Shown: positions 27,885 through 39,147 of the stretch, in pieces
How positions within the stretch are numbered: position 1 is the first letter of the stretch
How the letters are laid out: each line of letters begins with the position of its first letter
NCBI GenBank assembly: GCA_045122255.1
Contig: JBGVHJ010000019.1
Location: 2,345 to 66,344 of the forward strand
Reading direction: 5' to 3'
From: Eubacteriales bacterium
Lineage (GTDB): Bacteria; Bacillota; Clostridia; Oscillospirales; CAG-272
DNA: 64,000 nt
Program-made: the position numbers and the translations under genes
The notes under the pieces: generated by a model
Database searches by the model: none
What the model was told of the DNA's origin: nothing
The model's input: the letters and a program-made list of their open reading frames with translations, nothing else

Positions 27885-29276
27885 ATGGAAAACACTAAGA
27901 TAATTAACGTATATGGCGCAGGTCTTGCAGGCTGCGAGGCAGCTTGGCAGATAGCGAAAAGAGGACTGAAGGTCAGACTCTTTGAGATGAAGCCTAAAAA
28001 ATATACCCCTGCGCACCACAGCGAGGGCTTTGCGGAGCTAGTCTGCTCCAACTCGCTTCGCAGTGACAGAGTGACCAACGGCGTAGGACTCCTTAAAGAG
28101 GAGCTCTACCGCCTTGACTCGCTTATCATGGAGGCGGCTTACGCTACCCGTGTGCCTGCGGGCTCGGCACTTGCCGTTGACCGTGATCTCTTTTCGGCCT
28201 ATGTCACCGAAAAGATAAAGAATCATCCCAACATCGAAATAGTCGAAGCCGAGGTATCCTCGGTGGAGGAGGGGACGATAACCGTTATCGCAACCGGTCC
28301 CTTGACAAGTGAGCCTATGGCTGAGTATATGGAGAAGGAGCTGGGTCTTTCGGGACTTCACTTCTTCGATGCCGCCGCGCCCATCGTTGACGCAAGCTCA
28401 TTGAATATGGATATAGTCTACGCCGCGTCAAGATATGACAAGGGAGATGCCGACTATCTCAACTGCCCTATGACAAAAGAGCAGTACGATGCCTTCTATA
28501 ACGCGCTTATCACCGCAAAGGAGGCTGAGCTTAAGGACTTTGACCGCGAGATGCAGAAGGAACTTAAGGTGTTCGAGGGCTGTATGCCCGTTGAGGTCAT
28601 GGCGAAGAGGGGATATGAGACCCTTTGCTACGGTCCCCTCAAGCCCGTCGGACTTGTTGATAAAAGAACCGGCGAGGAGGCTTATGCCGTCGTTCAGCTT
28701 CGCAAAGAGAATGCGGAGGGAACGATGTACAATCTGGTAGGCTTCCAGACACACCTGACCTTCCCCGAGCAGAAGCGAGTATTCTCCATGATCCCCGGAC
28801 TTGAGAACGCGGAATTTCTGCGCTACGGTATAATGCACAGAAACACTTATATCGATTCGCCCAAATATCTTGATCCCGATTACTCTATGAGAAATAACCC
28901 CAATATATTCTTTGCGGGTCAGATGACGGGAGTTGAGGGATATATCGAGTCCACGGGCTCGGGATTCATTGCCGGAATCAACGCGGCTATGGCGGCTCTC
29001 GGTGAGGAAAAGGTAATATTCCCGAAAACCACGATGCTGGGCGCTATGGCTCATTACGTGAGCCTTGGCAACGTCAGCGGCAGCTTTGTTCCTATGAACG
29101 CGAACTTCGGAATCGTTGAGCCTCTCGGCTATAGAGTCAAGGGCGGCAAGGTCGCAAAATATGAGGTGATCGCAAAGAGATCTCTCGATCTGATACCCGA
29201 ATTCGGCGAGAGACTCGGAGCTGAAAACTATAAGAATCGAATTTCAGAGGAAATAAACGATGAAAATAATAATTGA
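27885..29276 (+). CDS. trmFO: methylenetetrahydrofolate--tRNA-(uracil-5)-methyltransferase TrmFO
   Basis: [17 protein letters not shown] motif. ELVCSNSLR. About 460 aa. Follows topA as in Bacillus. Confidence 0.9.
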   Translation: MENTKIINVYGAGLAGCEAAWQIAKRGLKVRLFEMKPKKYTPAHHSEGFAELVCSNSLRSDRVTNGVGLLKEELYRLDSLIMEAAYATRVPAGSALAVDRDLFSAYVTEKIKNHPNIEIVEAEVSSVEEGTITVIATGPLTSEPMAEYMEKELGLSGLHFFDAAAPIVDASSLNMDIVYAASRYDKGDADYLNCPMTKEQYDAFYNALITAKEAELKDFDREMQKELKVFEGCMPVEVMAKRGYETLCYGPLKPVGLVDKRTGEEAYAVVQLRKENAEGTMYNLVGFQTHLTFPEQKRVFSMIPGLENAEFLRYGIMHRNTYIDSPKYLDPDYSMRNNPNIFFAGQMTGVEGYIESTGSGFIAGINAAMAALGEEKVIFPKTTMLGAMAHYVSLGNVSGSFVPMNANFGIVEPLGYRVKGGKVAKYEVIAKRSLDLIPEFGERLGAENYKNRISEEINDENNN

Positions 29277-30306
29277 CGTTATGAGCGGAGACAAGGCTCC
29301 CATTGAGATGCTTCGCGGTGTTGATTTTGCATCAAAGCAGGATTACTCCGGTGGAGTTGAATATATTCTGGTCGGCGACGAGACCGTTATAAAGAAGGTT
29401 GCCGAGGAGGAGAGCATTGACGTATCGGGCTATCAGATAGTACATACCGACGTAGTGCTTACAATGGAAGACGAGCCCTTGTCCATTTTGAAGGAAAAGA
29501 AGAATTCTTCTATAGGACTTTCTTTGCAGATGCTTGCGAAGGGTGAGGGTGATGCCCTCGTCAGCGCGGGCAATACCGGAGCGCTTTTCAGCGGCTCTTC
29601 GCTGATAGTTAAGAGAGTTCCCGGAATCCAGAGAGCGGGAATCGGCGCATTCCTTCCTATGGCAAACCCCGTTATGCTTATAGATTCGGGTGCCAGCGTA
29701 AAGCCCAACGAGGACTATATGGTCGGCTTTGCCGTTATGGGCAAGGCTTATATGAAGGCACTTTACGGAGTTGAAAATCCCCGTGTAGGTCTGCTTAACA
29801 ACGGTACCGAGGAGCACAAGGGAACCGAGCTCCAGCACGCGGCTTTCGCAAAGCTCAAGGAGTGCTCGCTCATCAACTTTATCGGTAACGTGGAGGGCAA
29901 CTCGATGGTGCTTGGCGGATGTGACGTAGCCGTTACCGACGGATTTACCGGAAACGTATCTCTCAAGTGCATCGAGGGAATGGGTAAGCTTCTCTCGGGC
30001 GAGCTTAAGGGTATGTTCAAGGGTCTTGGCGGAATCATCGCTTACGTTATGATAAAGAACAAGCTCAAGGCATTCAAGAAGAGATTTGACGCCAAGGAGC
30101 ACGGCGGCGCTCCCATTCTCGGTCTTAAAAAGATGATAATCAAGGCTCACGGTTCCTCCGACGCGAAGGCATTTTCAAGCTCTATCCGTCAGGCTGTGAA
30201 CTGTGTTAAGCTTGGAGTTGTCGATATAATAGCCGCAGAGGCAGAAAAGCTTCAGGCGGAAAAGAAGGCGGCTGAGATGCTCGCCACGGAAAGCTCTGCT
30301 GAATAA
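29260..30306 (+). CDS. plsX: phosphate acyltransferase PlsX
   Basis: [12 protein letters not shown]...SAGNTGAL...[10 protein letters not shown] pattern. Confidence 0.9.
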   Translation: MKIIIDVMSGDKAPIEMLRGVDFASKQDYSGGVEYILVGDETVIKKVAEEESIDVSGYQIVHTDVVLTMEDEPLSILKEKKNSSIGLSLQMLAKGEGDALVSAGNTGALFSGSSLIVKRVPGIQRAGIGAFLPMANPVMLIDSGASVKPNEDYMVGFAVMGKAYMKALYGVENPRVGLLNNGTEEHKGTELQHAAFAKLKECSLINFIGNVEGNSMVLGGCDVAVTDGFTGNVSLKCIEGMGKLLSGELKGMFKGLGGIIAYVMIKNKLKAFKKRFDAKEHGGAPILGLKKMIIKAHGSSDAKAFSSSIRQAVNCVKLGVVDIIAAEAEKLQAEKKAAEMLATESSAE

Positions 30307-30330
30307 TTGCTTCAGCAGAAAAAAATAGTA

Positions 30331-31083
30331 ATGAAAGAGGTACAAACGGTGATGAACGGTCAGATGGATCCGCGCGCGCTTGAAAAGAGTATAGGTTATT
30401 CCTTCAAGGATGCAAGCCTGCTCAACCGCGCCTTGACCCACTCGTCCCACTCCAACGAAACGGGACTGAAAAATCATCATATGCACTGTAACGAAAGGCT
30501 TGAGTTTTTGGGCGACAGCGTGCTGTCTATCATAACCAGCAAATATCTCTACTCGAAATTTGAGGATTGCCCCGAGGGCGAGCTGACAAGGATGAGAGCC
30601 GAGGTAGTATGCGAAAGAGCGCTTTCGGGATATGCCGACACTATACGTCTTGGAGATTATCTGCTTTTGGGCGTTGGCGAGGAGAAGAACAACGGCAGAA
30701 GAAGAAAGAGCATTCTTGCCGATGCATTCGAGGCTCTGCTTGCGGCGATATATCTTGACGCAGGTGAAAACGGACTTGAAACGGTTGAAGGGTTTCTTCT
30801 GCCCTTTATCGTCAAGGAGATCGAGAGCATAGGAAAGAGCAAGGGCTTTTCGGGTGATTCCAAGAGTCTGCTTCAGCAGTTCGTTCAGCAGGCTGAGGGC
30901 GATTTCCTTGAATACGTGGTGGTTGGACAGAGCGGTCCCGATCATATGAAATCCTTTAAGGTCGAGGCGAGACTTAATTCCAACGTTATCGGTCGAGGAG
31001 AGGGAAGAAGCAAGCGCGAGGCGGAGCAGAATGCCGCAAGAGAGGCGCTTGAGCTCTTCAGCGTGCTTCCTCGCGAGGAATAA
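30331..31083 (+). CDS. rnc: ribonuclease III
   Basis: RNase III signature NERLEFLGDSVL. C-terminal dsRBD (GPDHMKSFKVEARL...GEGRSKREAEQNAA). The start is uncertain (ATG 30331 or 30352). Confidence 0.9.
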   Translation: MKEVQTVMNGQMDPRALEKSIGYSFKDASLLNRALTHSSHSNETGLKNHHMHCNERLEFLGDSVLSIITSKYLYSKFEDCPEGELTRMRAEVVCERALSGYADTIRLGDYLLLGVGEEKNNGRRRKSILADAFEALLAAIYLDAGENGLETVEGFLLPFIVKEIESIGKSKGFSGDSKSLLQQFVQQAEGDFLEYVVVGQSGPDHMKSFKVEARLNSNVIGRGEGRSKREAEQNAAREALELFSVLPREE

Positions 31084-31087
31084 CAAG

Positions 31088-32137
31088 ATGCAGAATGCTA
31101 AAAGCGTAAAGCATAAAAATATTCCGATATTTATCCCTCATATGGGCTGTCCCAATATGTGTGTTTTCTGCAATCAGCGCTCAATATCGGGAAAGCAGAG
31201 CTTTTGCAAATCGCAGGTGATTCCCGAGATAGAGGAGGCGCTTGCGACGATATCGCCCGACTCGGAGGTCGAGATCGCCTATTTCGGAGGCTCTTTTACC
31301 GGAATCGACAGAGAGCTTATGATATATCTTCTCAACGTTGCCAAGGATTTTATTGACAATCCAAAAGAGGGCAGAGCGAGAGTGTCGGGCATCAGAATGT
31401 CCACCCGTCCCGATTATATCAACGACGAGATAATGAGCATTCTGTCAAAATATCCCGTGAAGACGATAGAATTGGGTCTTCAGAGCATGGATGACGAGGT
31501 TTTGAAGCTTTCAAAGCGAGGGCACAGCGCAAAGCAAGCCGCTGATGCCTGCAGAATGATAAAAAAAGCGGGTTATTCGCTTGTGGGGCAGATGATGATA
31601 GGTCTGCCCGGCTCGACCCTTGAAAAGGAGATAGCTACTGCAGAAAAGATCTGCGAAATGGGGGCTGACGGCGCAAGGATATATCCAACTGTTACCTTTT
31701 ACGGCACCGAGCTTGCCGATATGGCGGAGCGCGGAGAATACAAGATGCTTGACCTTGAGGACGCGATATACCGCTCCAAGGAGGTCTTGAAGATCTTTAA
31801 TGCCAACGGTGTTGAGTGCATAAGAATAGGACTTTGCGCATCGGATAATCTCGGCGACCTTGAAAAGGTCAAGGGAGGAGCTAATCATCCCGCGCTTGGC
31901 GAGCTGGTTCGCGGTGAGATATATTACGATTCTTTACGCGCTATGTTTGCAGGTATGGATAAAAACAACAGTATTGCAGGTAAAAGCTTCAAGGCTTTGG
32001 TGGCTCGTGGCGAGCTTTCTCTCGCGATCGGGCAGAAGCAAAGAAATAAGGAGCGCATTATGCGCGAATTTGGAATAAAAGAGCTGAAATTCAGCGAAAC
32101 GGCGCATTCCGTGGGAATTACCGTTTTTGAAGAATAA
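31088..32137 (+). CDS. radical SAM protein (ELP3-like family)
   Basis: HMGCPNMCVFCNQ CX3CX2C-type motif near the N-terminus. Lies between rnc and smc. Confidence 0.75.
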   Translation: MQNAKSVKHKNIPIFIPHMGCPNMCVFCNQRSISGKQSFCKSQVIPEIEEALATISPDSEVEIAYFGGSFTGIDRELMIYLLNVAKDFIDNPKEGRARVSGIRMSTRPDYINDEIMSILSKYPVKTIELGLQSMDDEVLKLSKRGHSAKQAADACRMIKKAGYSLVGQMMIGLPGSTLEKEIATAEKICEMGADGARIYPTVTFYGTELADMAERGEYKMLDLEDAIYRSKEVLKIFNANGVECIRIGLCASDNLGDLEKVKGGANHPALGELVRGEIYYDSLRAMFAGMDKNNSIAGKSFKALVARGELSLAIGQKQRNKERIMREFGIKELKFSETAHSVGITVFEE

Positions 32138-32158
32138 AAAAGAGACGGAGGTATAGTT

Positions 32159-35100
32159 TTGTATCTTAAGTCAATAGAATTGCAGGGCTTTAAATCCTTC
32201 CCCGATAAAACGAAGCTGGTTTTCGATGCTTCGGGTGAGGAGACGGGAACAGGCGTTACCGTTATCGTAGGCCCTAACGGAAGTGGAAAATCGAATATCG
32301 CAGACGCTATGCGCTGGGTCTTGGGTGAAATATCCTCCAAAACTCTGCGAGGCACCAAGATGGAGGACGTCATCTTCGGAGGCGCGGACAGCCGCAAGCC
32401 TATGGGATATGCCGAGGTTTCGGTCACCTTTGACAACACTCAGGGTCCTTCTCATCTCGAATGCCCCTACGACGAGGTCACGGTTACCCGCCGTTATTTC
32501 CGCGCAGGCGAGAGCGAATATTACATAAACCGTCGCGCGGTAAGACTTCGCGACATTTACGAGCTTTTCCTCAATACCGGTATCGGACGTGACGGTTATT
32601 CTATAATCGGTCAGGGACGAATTGCCGACATGGTTTCCAAAAAGAGCGAGGACAGACGAGACATCTTCGAGGATGCCTCGGGAATCGCAAAATTCAGACA
32701 CAAAAAGAGCGAGGCTGAGCGAAAGCTGAAGCAGACCGAAGAAAATATGCTTCGTATAAACGACATATTTACCGAGGTCGCGTCTCAGGTAGGTCCTCTT
32801 GAGAAGGAAAGCGAGAAGGCAAAGAAGGCTATCGAGCTTATGGAGGTCAAGAAAAAGGTCGACGTAAGCCTCTGGCTCTTCGATACCGAAAAGTACAGAA
32901 CCGATATATCCGCGGCAGAGGAAGCATTGCGCCGCTCGGAATTCGACTTGAAGAATGCCGAGGACTCGATGCAGTCACTTGACGCCCGTAACGCCAAGCT
33001 TTACGAGGCAAGCCAGAACGGTAAGATCGCTCAGTCGCAGATACTCAACCTTATCAAGGAGCAGACAAGCGAGATATTCAAGCTTGACAGTGAATTCAGA
33101 GTCAATGAGACTAACATCCGTCACACCGACGAGATGATAGAGAGCGCAAAGCAGGTGCTTTCCTCCGCTGAAAGAAGCCTTGCCGAGGAAAATATCAAGG
33201 AAAAGGCGCAAAATGACAAGATCGCATCTCTTGAAGGTACTCTCTCTGAGACTCAGAATAAGCTCGAAGAGACCGAGGACGCTATATTTGATGAAAAGTG
33301 CAATATAGACAGACTGAATAAGGCTATCGATACCGCCTTTGCCGATATTAAGGAGGCAGAGGAGGCAGCCGTTGATATCAAGGTGCGCATTTCCGTCCTT
33401 GAAAACTCGAGAGAGAGCGGAAGCGACCGAAATGCCGACATCCTTTCCGATATCGAGAGATACGGCGAGGAGGCTGCAAGGCTTGAAAAGGCGCGCGACG
33501 CAAAGCAGAAGACCGTTGACGAATACGGCGATTCTATCGCCGAGATCGACAGGGAGACCGCTGAAATAGACGGCGAGCTGACCGAGCTTAATTCGGATCT
33601 CGGTGAAAAATACGAGGAGCTGAACAATAAAAAGCTCCGTCTCGAATCGATCCTTCAGAGAATTAAGACCATCAAGGCGATGGAAGAGCAGTTTGAGGGC
33701 TATAATAACAGCGTACGCTTCGTTATGAACAGCTATGCTCAGGGCAAGATAACCGACCGCTTCGGTACACCCTGCGGCAAGATATACGGACCTCTTTCCA
33801 AGGTCATCGGTGTAGATTCCAAGTACGTGACCGCGGTTGAAACGGCTCTCGGAATGAATCTTCAGAATATCGTGGTCGAGGACGAGGAGACCGCAAAGGC
33901 GGCAATGTTTGCCTTGAAGCGCGCGGAGGCGGGTAGAGCTACCTTCTTCCCCATAACAAGCATGAGACCCCAGACAGAAACGCCCGAAATGCGCGATGCG
34001 AGAGGCTTTGCGGGATACGTCGGCAGAGCGGACGAGCTTTGCCAGTGTGATTCGAAGTTCGGCAACGTAATAAGCTCGCTTCTCGGCAGAACTCTTGTAT
34101 TTGATAATATCGACAACGCTACGGCGATGGCAAAGAGACTTAATTATAAGGTCAGAGTAGTTACCCTTGACGGTCAGCAGATCAATGCCGGCGGTTCCTT
34201 TACCGGAGGATCGGTAAAGCAGGGCGGCGGTATACTTTCGAGAACCGACGAGGTCAAGAGACTTGAGGGTGAAGCAAAGGAGCTTGAGACGAAGGTCAAG
34301 GCACTTGGAGAGGAGGTCGCCGAGATCAAGGAGAAGATCGAGGACGTTACCTTCCGCAGAACCGACCTTGCAGACCGCAAGGAGATACTCAGCATTCTCC
34401 GCAACACCGAGCTTCAGGGACTTGAAAAGATCACGGGTCAGTACGAGTCAAACAAGTCGCTCCTTGACAAGCTTAACGAGGATTATCAGCAGATAGTCAG
34501 AATGAGTGAGAGATACGAGGACGATCTTGCCGCGCTCAAGGAAGAGGAAGCCTCACAGAATAAGAGAGTAGAGGAATTCACGGCGGTTCGCCTTGCCAAG
34601 CACGACGAGAGAGTGGATGCCGAGGACAGGCTGAAGGCTCTTGAGGACGGAAAGACGGCGCTTGTAATTCGTCTCAGCGAGATCCAGAAGGATATAGAGA
34701 CCGCCAAGGCACTGCTTGAGGTGTCCTCTGAAAGAATCCGCGTTTGCGGTGAGGACATCAAGGCGGCAAAGGATAGAATAGAAAGCTATCGCGCGCAGAT
34801 AGATAATCTGACTGTTTCGCAGAGCGAGAACAGAAAGAGATATACCGAATGCCAGAGCGAGCTCGATGCTCTTAATGCAAAGAGAAGCGAGATCGAAGAG
34901 GGCAACATGGAGTTTGAAAAGAAGCTCAATGAGATCAACACCATGATGCGCGATAAGATGGCAGAGAAGGAGCTTATATTCCGCGTTCATACCACAAACG
35001 AGGCAAAGCTTGAGGGACTTCGCGAGAAGTACGACAAGGTTGCAGGCAAGCTCTGGGATGACTACGAGCTGACGAGAGCCGATGCGGTTGCGCTGAATTA

Positions 35101-35812
35101 TCCTCCCGTCACCGCTGAGAACAGGGCAGAATATGCCAAGACGCAGATCGAGTGTCAGAACAAGCTCCGCTATATCGGTCACGTTGACCTTGATGCGGTC
35201 AATAAGTATAAGGAGATCAAGGCTCGTTACGATTATATGAGCGAGCAGATACGCGACCTTGAAAAGTCTAAGGAAGAGCTGATATCTATCATTACCAAGC
35301 TTGAAAAGGAAATGAAGACGGCGTTTATTACCGCCTTCGACCAGATCAACGAGAACTTCGGAAAGACCTTCTCCGAGCTCTTCGGCGGCGGCTCTGCCGA
35401 GATATATCTTACCGATCCCGAGAACGTTCTCGAGAGTGGAATCGAGATCAAGGCGGCACCTCCCGGAAAGATCATCAAGAACCTTATGCAGCTGTCGGGC
35501 GGTGAGCAGGCATTTATCGGTGTCGCGCTTTTCTTCGCGACCTTGCAGGTAAACCCCACGCCCTTCTGTATCCTCGACGAGATAGAGGCGGCGCTTGACG
35601 AGGTCAACGTTGAGAGACTTGCGCAATATATTAAGAGATACACTGACGGAACTCAGTTTATCATGATCACGCACCGTCGAGGCACTATGGCGGCGGCTAC
35701 AAGACTTTACGGTGTAACTATGCCCGAGCACGGCATATCCAAGATACTTACCCTTGACGTCAAGGACGTTGAGAAGAAGAAGGAGGGCGAATGGAATGGC
35801 ATTTTTGAGTAA
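32159..35812 (+). CDS. smc: chromosome segregation protein SMC
   Basis: Walker A GPNGSGKSN, long coiled coils, hinge, signature LSGGEQA, Walker B FCILDEIEAALD. TTG start after GGAGG. Confidence 0.95.
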   Translation: MYLKSIELQGFKSFPDKTKLVFDASGEETGTGVTVIVGPNGSGKSNIADAMRWVLGEISSKTLRGTKMEDVIFGGADSRKPMGYAEVSVTFDNTQGPSHLECPYDEVTVTRRYFRAGESEYYINRRAVRLRDIYELFLNTGIGRDGYSIIGQGRIADMVSKKSEDRRDIFEDASGIAKFRHKKSEAERKLKQTEENMLRINDIFTEVASQVGPLEKESEKAKKAIELMEVKKKVDVSLWLFDTEKYRTDISAAEEALRRSEFDLKNAEDSMQSLDARNAKLYEASQNGKIAQSQILNLIKEQTSEIFKLDSEFRVNETNIRHTDEMIESAKQVLSSAERSLAEENIKEKAQNDKIASLEGTLSETQNKLEETEDAIFDEKCNIDRLNKAIDTAFADIKEAEEAAVDIKVRISVLENSRESGSDRNADILSDIERYGEEAARLEKARDAKQKTVDEYGDSIAEIDRETAEIDGELTELNSDLGEKYEELNNKKLRLESILQRIKTIKAMEEQFEGYNNSVRFVMNSYAQGKITDRFGTPCGKIYGPLSKVIGVDSKYVTAVETALGMNLQNIVVEDEETAKAAMFALKRAEAGRATFFPITSMRPQTETPEMRDARGFAGYVGRADELCQCDSKFGNVISSLLGRTLVFDNIDNATAMAKRLNYKVRVVTLDGQQINAGGSFTGGSVKQGGGILSRTDEVKRLEGEAKELETKVKALGEEVAEIKEKIEDVTFRRTDLADRKEILSILRNTELQGLEKITGQYESNKSLLDKLNEDYQQIVRMSERYEDDLAALKEEEASQNKRVEEFTAVRLAKHDERVDAEDRLKALEDGKTALVIRLSEIQKDIETAKALLEVSSERIRVCGEDIKAAKDRIESYRAQIDNLTVSQSENRKRYTECQSELDALNAKRSEIEEGNMEFEKKLNEINTMMRDKMAEKELIFRVHTTNEAKLEGLREKYDKVAGKLWDDYELTRADAVALNYPPVTAENRAEYAKTQIECQNKLRYIGHVDLDAVNKYKEIKARYDYMSEQIRDLEKSKEELISIITKLEKEMKTAFITAFDQINENFGKTFSELFGGGSAEIYLTDPENVLESGIEIKAAPPGKIIKNLMQLSGGEQAFIGVALFFATLQVNPTPFCILDEIEAALDEVNVERLAQYIKRYTDGTQFIMITHRRGTMAAATRLYGVTMPEHGISKILTLDVKDVEKKKEGEWNGIFE

Positions 35813-36983
35813 GCTTTTTGGCAAAAAAAATAAAGACGAAAAGAAGGAGTCGGCTCCCGTTGAGACCTCAAAAGAGGTCGATGAGGATGAGCTGACCGAA
35901 GAAGAGATCGCGGCGGCGGAAAGATACGAAGAGGAGAACGCCGACGAGATCGAGGAGTCCGAGGCTCTGGAGCTTGACGGCGAATTCACCGAATTTTCCG
36001 TATTCAAGCAGGAGCAGGAGGCAGAAGAGACCGAGATCGAGACCGAGGAAGAAGAGGAAGAGGAGCCCGAAGAAAAGCTCAGCTTCTGGGAAAAGCTCAA
36101 GATGGGTCTAACCAAGACCAAGAACGCGCTTTTCGGATCGGTCAACGAGCTGCTTAAAAAGTTCGTAAAGGTAGACGAGGATCTTCTTGACGAGCTTGAA
36201 GAGCTGCTTATTATGGCAGACGTTGGAGTCGGCGCAACCGAGGATATTATCGAGGAGCTCCGCGACAGAATAAAGGACGGCAGACTCAAGGAAAAGGATC
36301 AGGTGCTTGATACTCTCAAGGAAATACTTTCCGATATGATCGGCGAGCATCAGCCCCTCTGTCTTGAGACTACCCCCTCGGTAATTCTCGTTATCGGAGT
36401 TAACGGCGCGGGTAAGACCACCAGCATCGGTAAGATCTCAAAGAGACTCCGCAAGCAAGGTAAAAAGGTCGTCGTTGCGGCGGCTGATACCTTCAGAGCA
36501 GCGGCTATTGACCAGCTTGAGGTTTGGTGCCAGAGAGCAAAGGTCGAGCTTGTTAAGCAGAGTGAGGGAAGTGACCCCGCGGCTGTGGTATTCGACGCTA
36601 TCAATTACGCGAAGAAGAAGGAAGCCGACGTGCTTATCATCGATACCGCAGGCAGACTTCACAACAAGGCAAACCTTATGAACGAGCTTGCAAAGATCAA
36701 CCGAGTTATCGACCGCGAGCTTCCCGGTGCCAGCCGTGAGAACCTGCTTGTTCTCGACGCTACTACCGGACAGAATGCCGTTATTCAGGCAAAGGAATTC
36801 AGCAAGGCGGCTAACATTACGGGTATCACCCTCAATAAGCTTGACGGCACCGCAAAGGGCGGTATCGTGATCTCCATCAAGCGCGAGCTTGGCATCCCCG
36901 TTAAGTTTATCGGTGTGGGCGAAAAGATCGACGATATGCAGGAATTCAACGCAAAGCAGTTCGTTGACGCGTTGTTTGAATAA
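35796..36983 (+). CDS. ftsY: signal recognition particle receptor FtsY
   Basis: Acidic N-terminal domain. NG domain with GVNGAGKTT, DTAGR and TKLDG-like (LNKLDGTAKGG) motifs. Overlaps the smc stop by 17 nt. Confidence 0.93.
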   Translation: MAFLSKLFGKKNKDEKKESAPVETSKEVDEDELTEEEIAAAERYEEENADEIEESEALELDGEFTEFSVFKQEQEAEETEIETEEEEEEEPEEKLSFWEKLKMGLTKTKNALFGSVNELLKKFVKVDEDLLDELEELLIMADVGVGATEDIIEELRDRIKDGRLKEKDQVLDTLKEILSDMIGEHQPLCLETTPSVILVIGVNGAGKTTSIGKISKRLRKQGKKVVVAAADTFRAAAIDQLEVWCQRAKVELVKQSEGSDPAAVVFDAINYAKKKEADVLIIDTAGRLHNKANLMNELAKINRVIDRELPGASRENLLVLDATTGQNAVIQAKEFSKAANITGITLNKLDGTAKGGIVISIKRELGIPVKFIGVGEKIDDMQEFNAKQFVDALFE

Positions 36984-36987
36984 TAAT

Positions 36988-37593
36988 ATGAAAATAGTAT
37001 TAGCATCAAGAAATAAAAAGAAAAAAGCCGAGCTTCAGACTCTGCTTTCGAAATATATCGAGAATATCGAGATACTTTCCCTCGATGACGTAGGGATCTT
37101 TGGCGAGATCGAGGAGGACGGCGATACCTTTGAGGAAAATGCGCTTATCAAGGCGCGCGTTGCGGCAGAGAGCGGATACATCGGTGTCGGAGACGATTCT
37201 GGACTTATGGTGGACGCTCTCGGCGGCGCGCCGGGAGTTTACAGCGCAAGATATTCGGGTGACCACGGCAACGATGAGGCGAATAACGAGCTCCTCCTTA
37301 AAAATCTTGAGGATAAGGACGACAGAAGCGCAAGATTCGTTTGCTGTATCGCCTGCGTCTTCCCTGACAAATACGGATTTGAGCCTATTGTTGTAAAGGG
37401 CTTTGCCGAGGGTCAGATCCTCCGCGAAAGACAGGGAAATGGCGGCTTTGGATACGATCCGCTCTTCTATTTCCCACAGTTCGGCAAAACGCTTGCCGAG
37501 GTCACTCCCGAGGAAAAGAACAGCGTCAGCCACAGAGGCAACGCTATAAAGGCTTTTGCAGAAAAGCTGAAAGAGCTTGAAATTAAAGAATAA
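36988..37593 (+). CDS. rdgB: non-canonical purine NTP pyrophosphatase (RdgB/HAM1)
   Basis: SRNKKKKAEL...DDSGLMVDALGGAPGVYSARY...GFGYDPLF pattern. Confidence 0.9.
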   Translation: MKIVLASRNKKKKAELQTLLSKYIENIEILSLDDVGIFGEIEEDGDTFEENALIKARVAAESGYIGVGDDSGLMVDALGGAPGVYSARYSGDHGNDEANNELLLKNLEDKDDRSARFVCCIACVFPDKYGFEPIVVKGFAEGQILRERQGNGGFGYDPLFYFPQFGKTLAEVTPEEKNSVSHRGNAIKAFAEKLKELEIKE

Positions 37594-37606
37594 TTTGGAG
37601 AAAAAT

Positions 37607-37900
37607 ATGATAACATCAAAGCAAAGAGCATATTTGCGCGGCTTGGGTCAGTCCTGCCCCGCAATAATGCAGATAGGCAAGGGCGGTATTACCGAAAACC
37701 TTGTAAAAACAGTTTCCGACGCTCTTGAGGCGCGCGAGCTTGTAAAGCTTAACGTGCTTGAGAACAGCGGAGAAGAGCCCCGTGCGGTGCTTGACGCGCT
37801 TTGCGAGGCGCTTCAGGCAGACGGAGTTTCCTGCGTTGGCAGAAAGATCGTGCTTTACCGCGAGTCGAAAGAGAAAAAGACCATAGAGCTTCCGAGATAA
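37607..37900 (+). CDS. yhbY: YhbY-family RNA-binding protein (CRM domain)
   Basis: ITSKQRAYLRGL...MQIGKGGITENL...ELVKLNVL pattern. Confidence 0.85.
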   Translation: MITSKQRAYLRGLGQSCPAIMQIGKGGITENLVKTVSDALEARELVKLNVLENSGEEPRAVLDALCEALQADGVSCVGRKIVLYRESKEKKTIELPR

Positions 37901-37904
37901 GGGT

Positions 37905-38510
37905 ATGCTGAGAGTAGGAATTTACGGCGGAGCGTTTGCTCCGATACACGTAGGTCACGTGGCGGCGGCGAAGGCATTTATGGAGCAGATGTGGCTTGAC
38001 GTGCTCTTCGTCATTCCAACAGGAATAAGTCCGCATAAGCAGATGAGTGCAGGTGCGAGCAATGCTGACAGACTTGAAATGTGCCGTCGCGCCTTCGAGG
38101 GAATCGAGGGAGTTATCGTCTCGGATATCGAGATAAGACGCGAGGGAGCAAGCTACACGGTGGACACCCTGAGAGAGCTTGCCGATGACGATCGCAGACT
38201 TTTTATGCTCTGCGGCACCGATATGATACTGACGCTTGATACCTGGCACGAGCCCGATGAAATATTCAGACTGGCGTATCCCGTCTACATCAGGCGCGAG
38301 AGCGATGAGAGCCTTGACGAAAGGCTTATCGAAAAGGTCACCGAATACCGTAATAAATACGGCAAAAACGTAGTAAAAATAAAGGCTCCCGCCATTGAAG
38401 TATCCTCAAGCGACATAAGAAAAAGGATCGCCGACGGAGAGGATTTTTCCTCTCTTGTGCCCGAGGCGGTGGCGGACTATATCAGGGAAAAGGGGCTGTA
38501 TAAGCAATGA
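37905..38510 (+). CDS. nadD: nicotinate-nucleotide adenylyltransferase
   Basis: GIYGGAFAPIHVGH (HxGH) and ISSSDIRKR-like (VSSSDIRKR) motifs. Confidence 0.9.
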   Translation: MLRVGIYGGAFAPIHVGHVAAAKAFMEQMWLDVLFVIPTGISPHKQMSAGASNADRLEMCRRAFEGIEGVIVSDIEIRREGASYTVDTLRELADDDRRLFMLCGTDMILTLDTWHEPDEIFRLAYPVYIRRESDESLDERLIEKVTEYRNKYGKNVVKIKAPAIEVSSSDIRKRIADGEDFSSLVPEAVADYIREKGLYKQ

Positions 38511-39145
38511 TTTTTGACGAAAAACAGCTATCCGACCTGCGTGAAAGGGTAAAAGCTACCCTTTCGGATTTCAGATACGGTCACACTCTGGGAGTAGAGA
38601 AGATGGCGGCAAGACTATCGGCACTCTATTGTCCCGAGAAGGAGTCGCTCCTTCGTGCTGCGGCGCTGCTTCACGACGTGACCAAGGAAAAAAGCTTCGG
38701 CGCTCAGCTTGAAATATTCGATAAATACGGAGAAAAGCCCACCGACGAGCAGCTGTCGGTGCCGCCCACTATCCACGCGCTTACCGCACCGCTTATCATT
38801 CCCGACGAGTATCCCGAATTTGCGCTTGAAGAGCTGCTGGATGCGATCAGATACCACTCAACGGGAAGAGAGGGCATGACGCTTTCGGAAAAGATAATCT
38901 TTCTTGCCGATTATATCGAGGAGACTCGCAGATTTGAGGATTGTATCGCGCTTCGTGAGGAATTCTTTTCAGCAGAGCCCGAAAATATGAATATGGGCGA
39001 CAGAATGATGCATCTCAACCGAGTTCTGCTTCACGGAATAGAAAATACGCTCCGAGAGCTTGAAAAAAACGGTAAAACAGTGGAAAGCCGTACTCTTAAG
39101 GCAAAGGAAAGCCTTATTAATGAAATTGAAAAAGGATGGAAATAA
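38507..39145 (+). CDS. yqeK: HD-domain protein YqeK (bis(5'-nucleosyl)-tetraphosphatase family)
   Basis: RYGHTLGV...LLHDVTK HD motif. ATGA overlap with nadD. Confidence 0.8.
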   Translation: MIFDEKQLSDLRERVKATLSDFRYGHTLGVEKMAARLSALYCPEKESLLRAAALLHDVTKEKSFGAQLEIFDKYGEKPTDEQLSVPPTIHALTAPLIIPDEYPEFALEELLDAIRYHSTGREGMTLSEKIIFLADYIEETRRFEDCIALREEFFSAEPENMNMGDRMMHLNRVLLHGIENTLRELEKNGKTVESRTLKAKESLINEIEKGWK

Positions 39146-39147
39146 AA

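Noticed and set aside
34553-36289. 578-aa serine-rich ORF antisense to smc/ftsY
   Set aside because: The poly-Ser tracts are the reverse-complement reading of the Glu/Lys-rich coiled-coil and acidic FtsY codons. It is not an independent gene.
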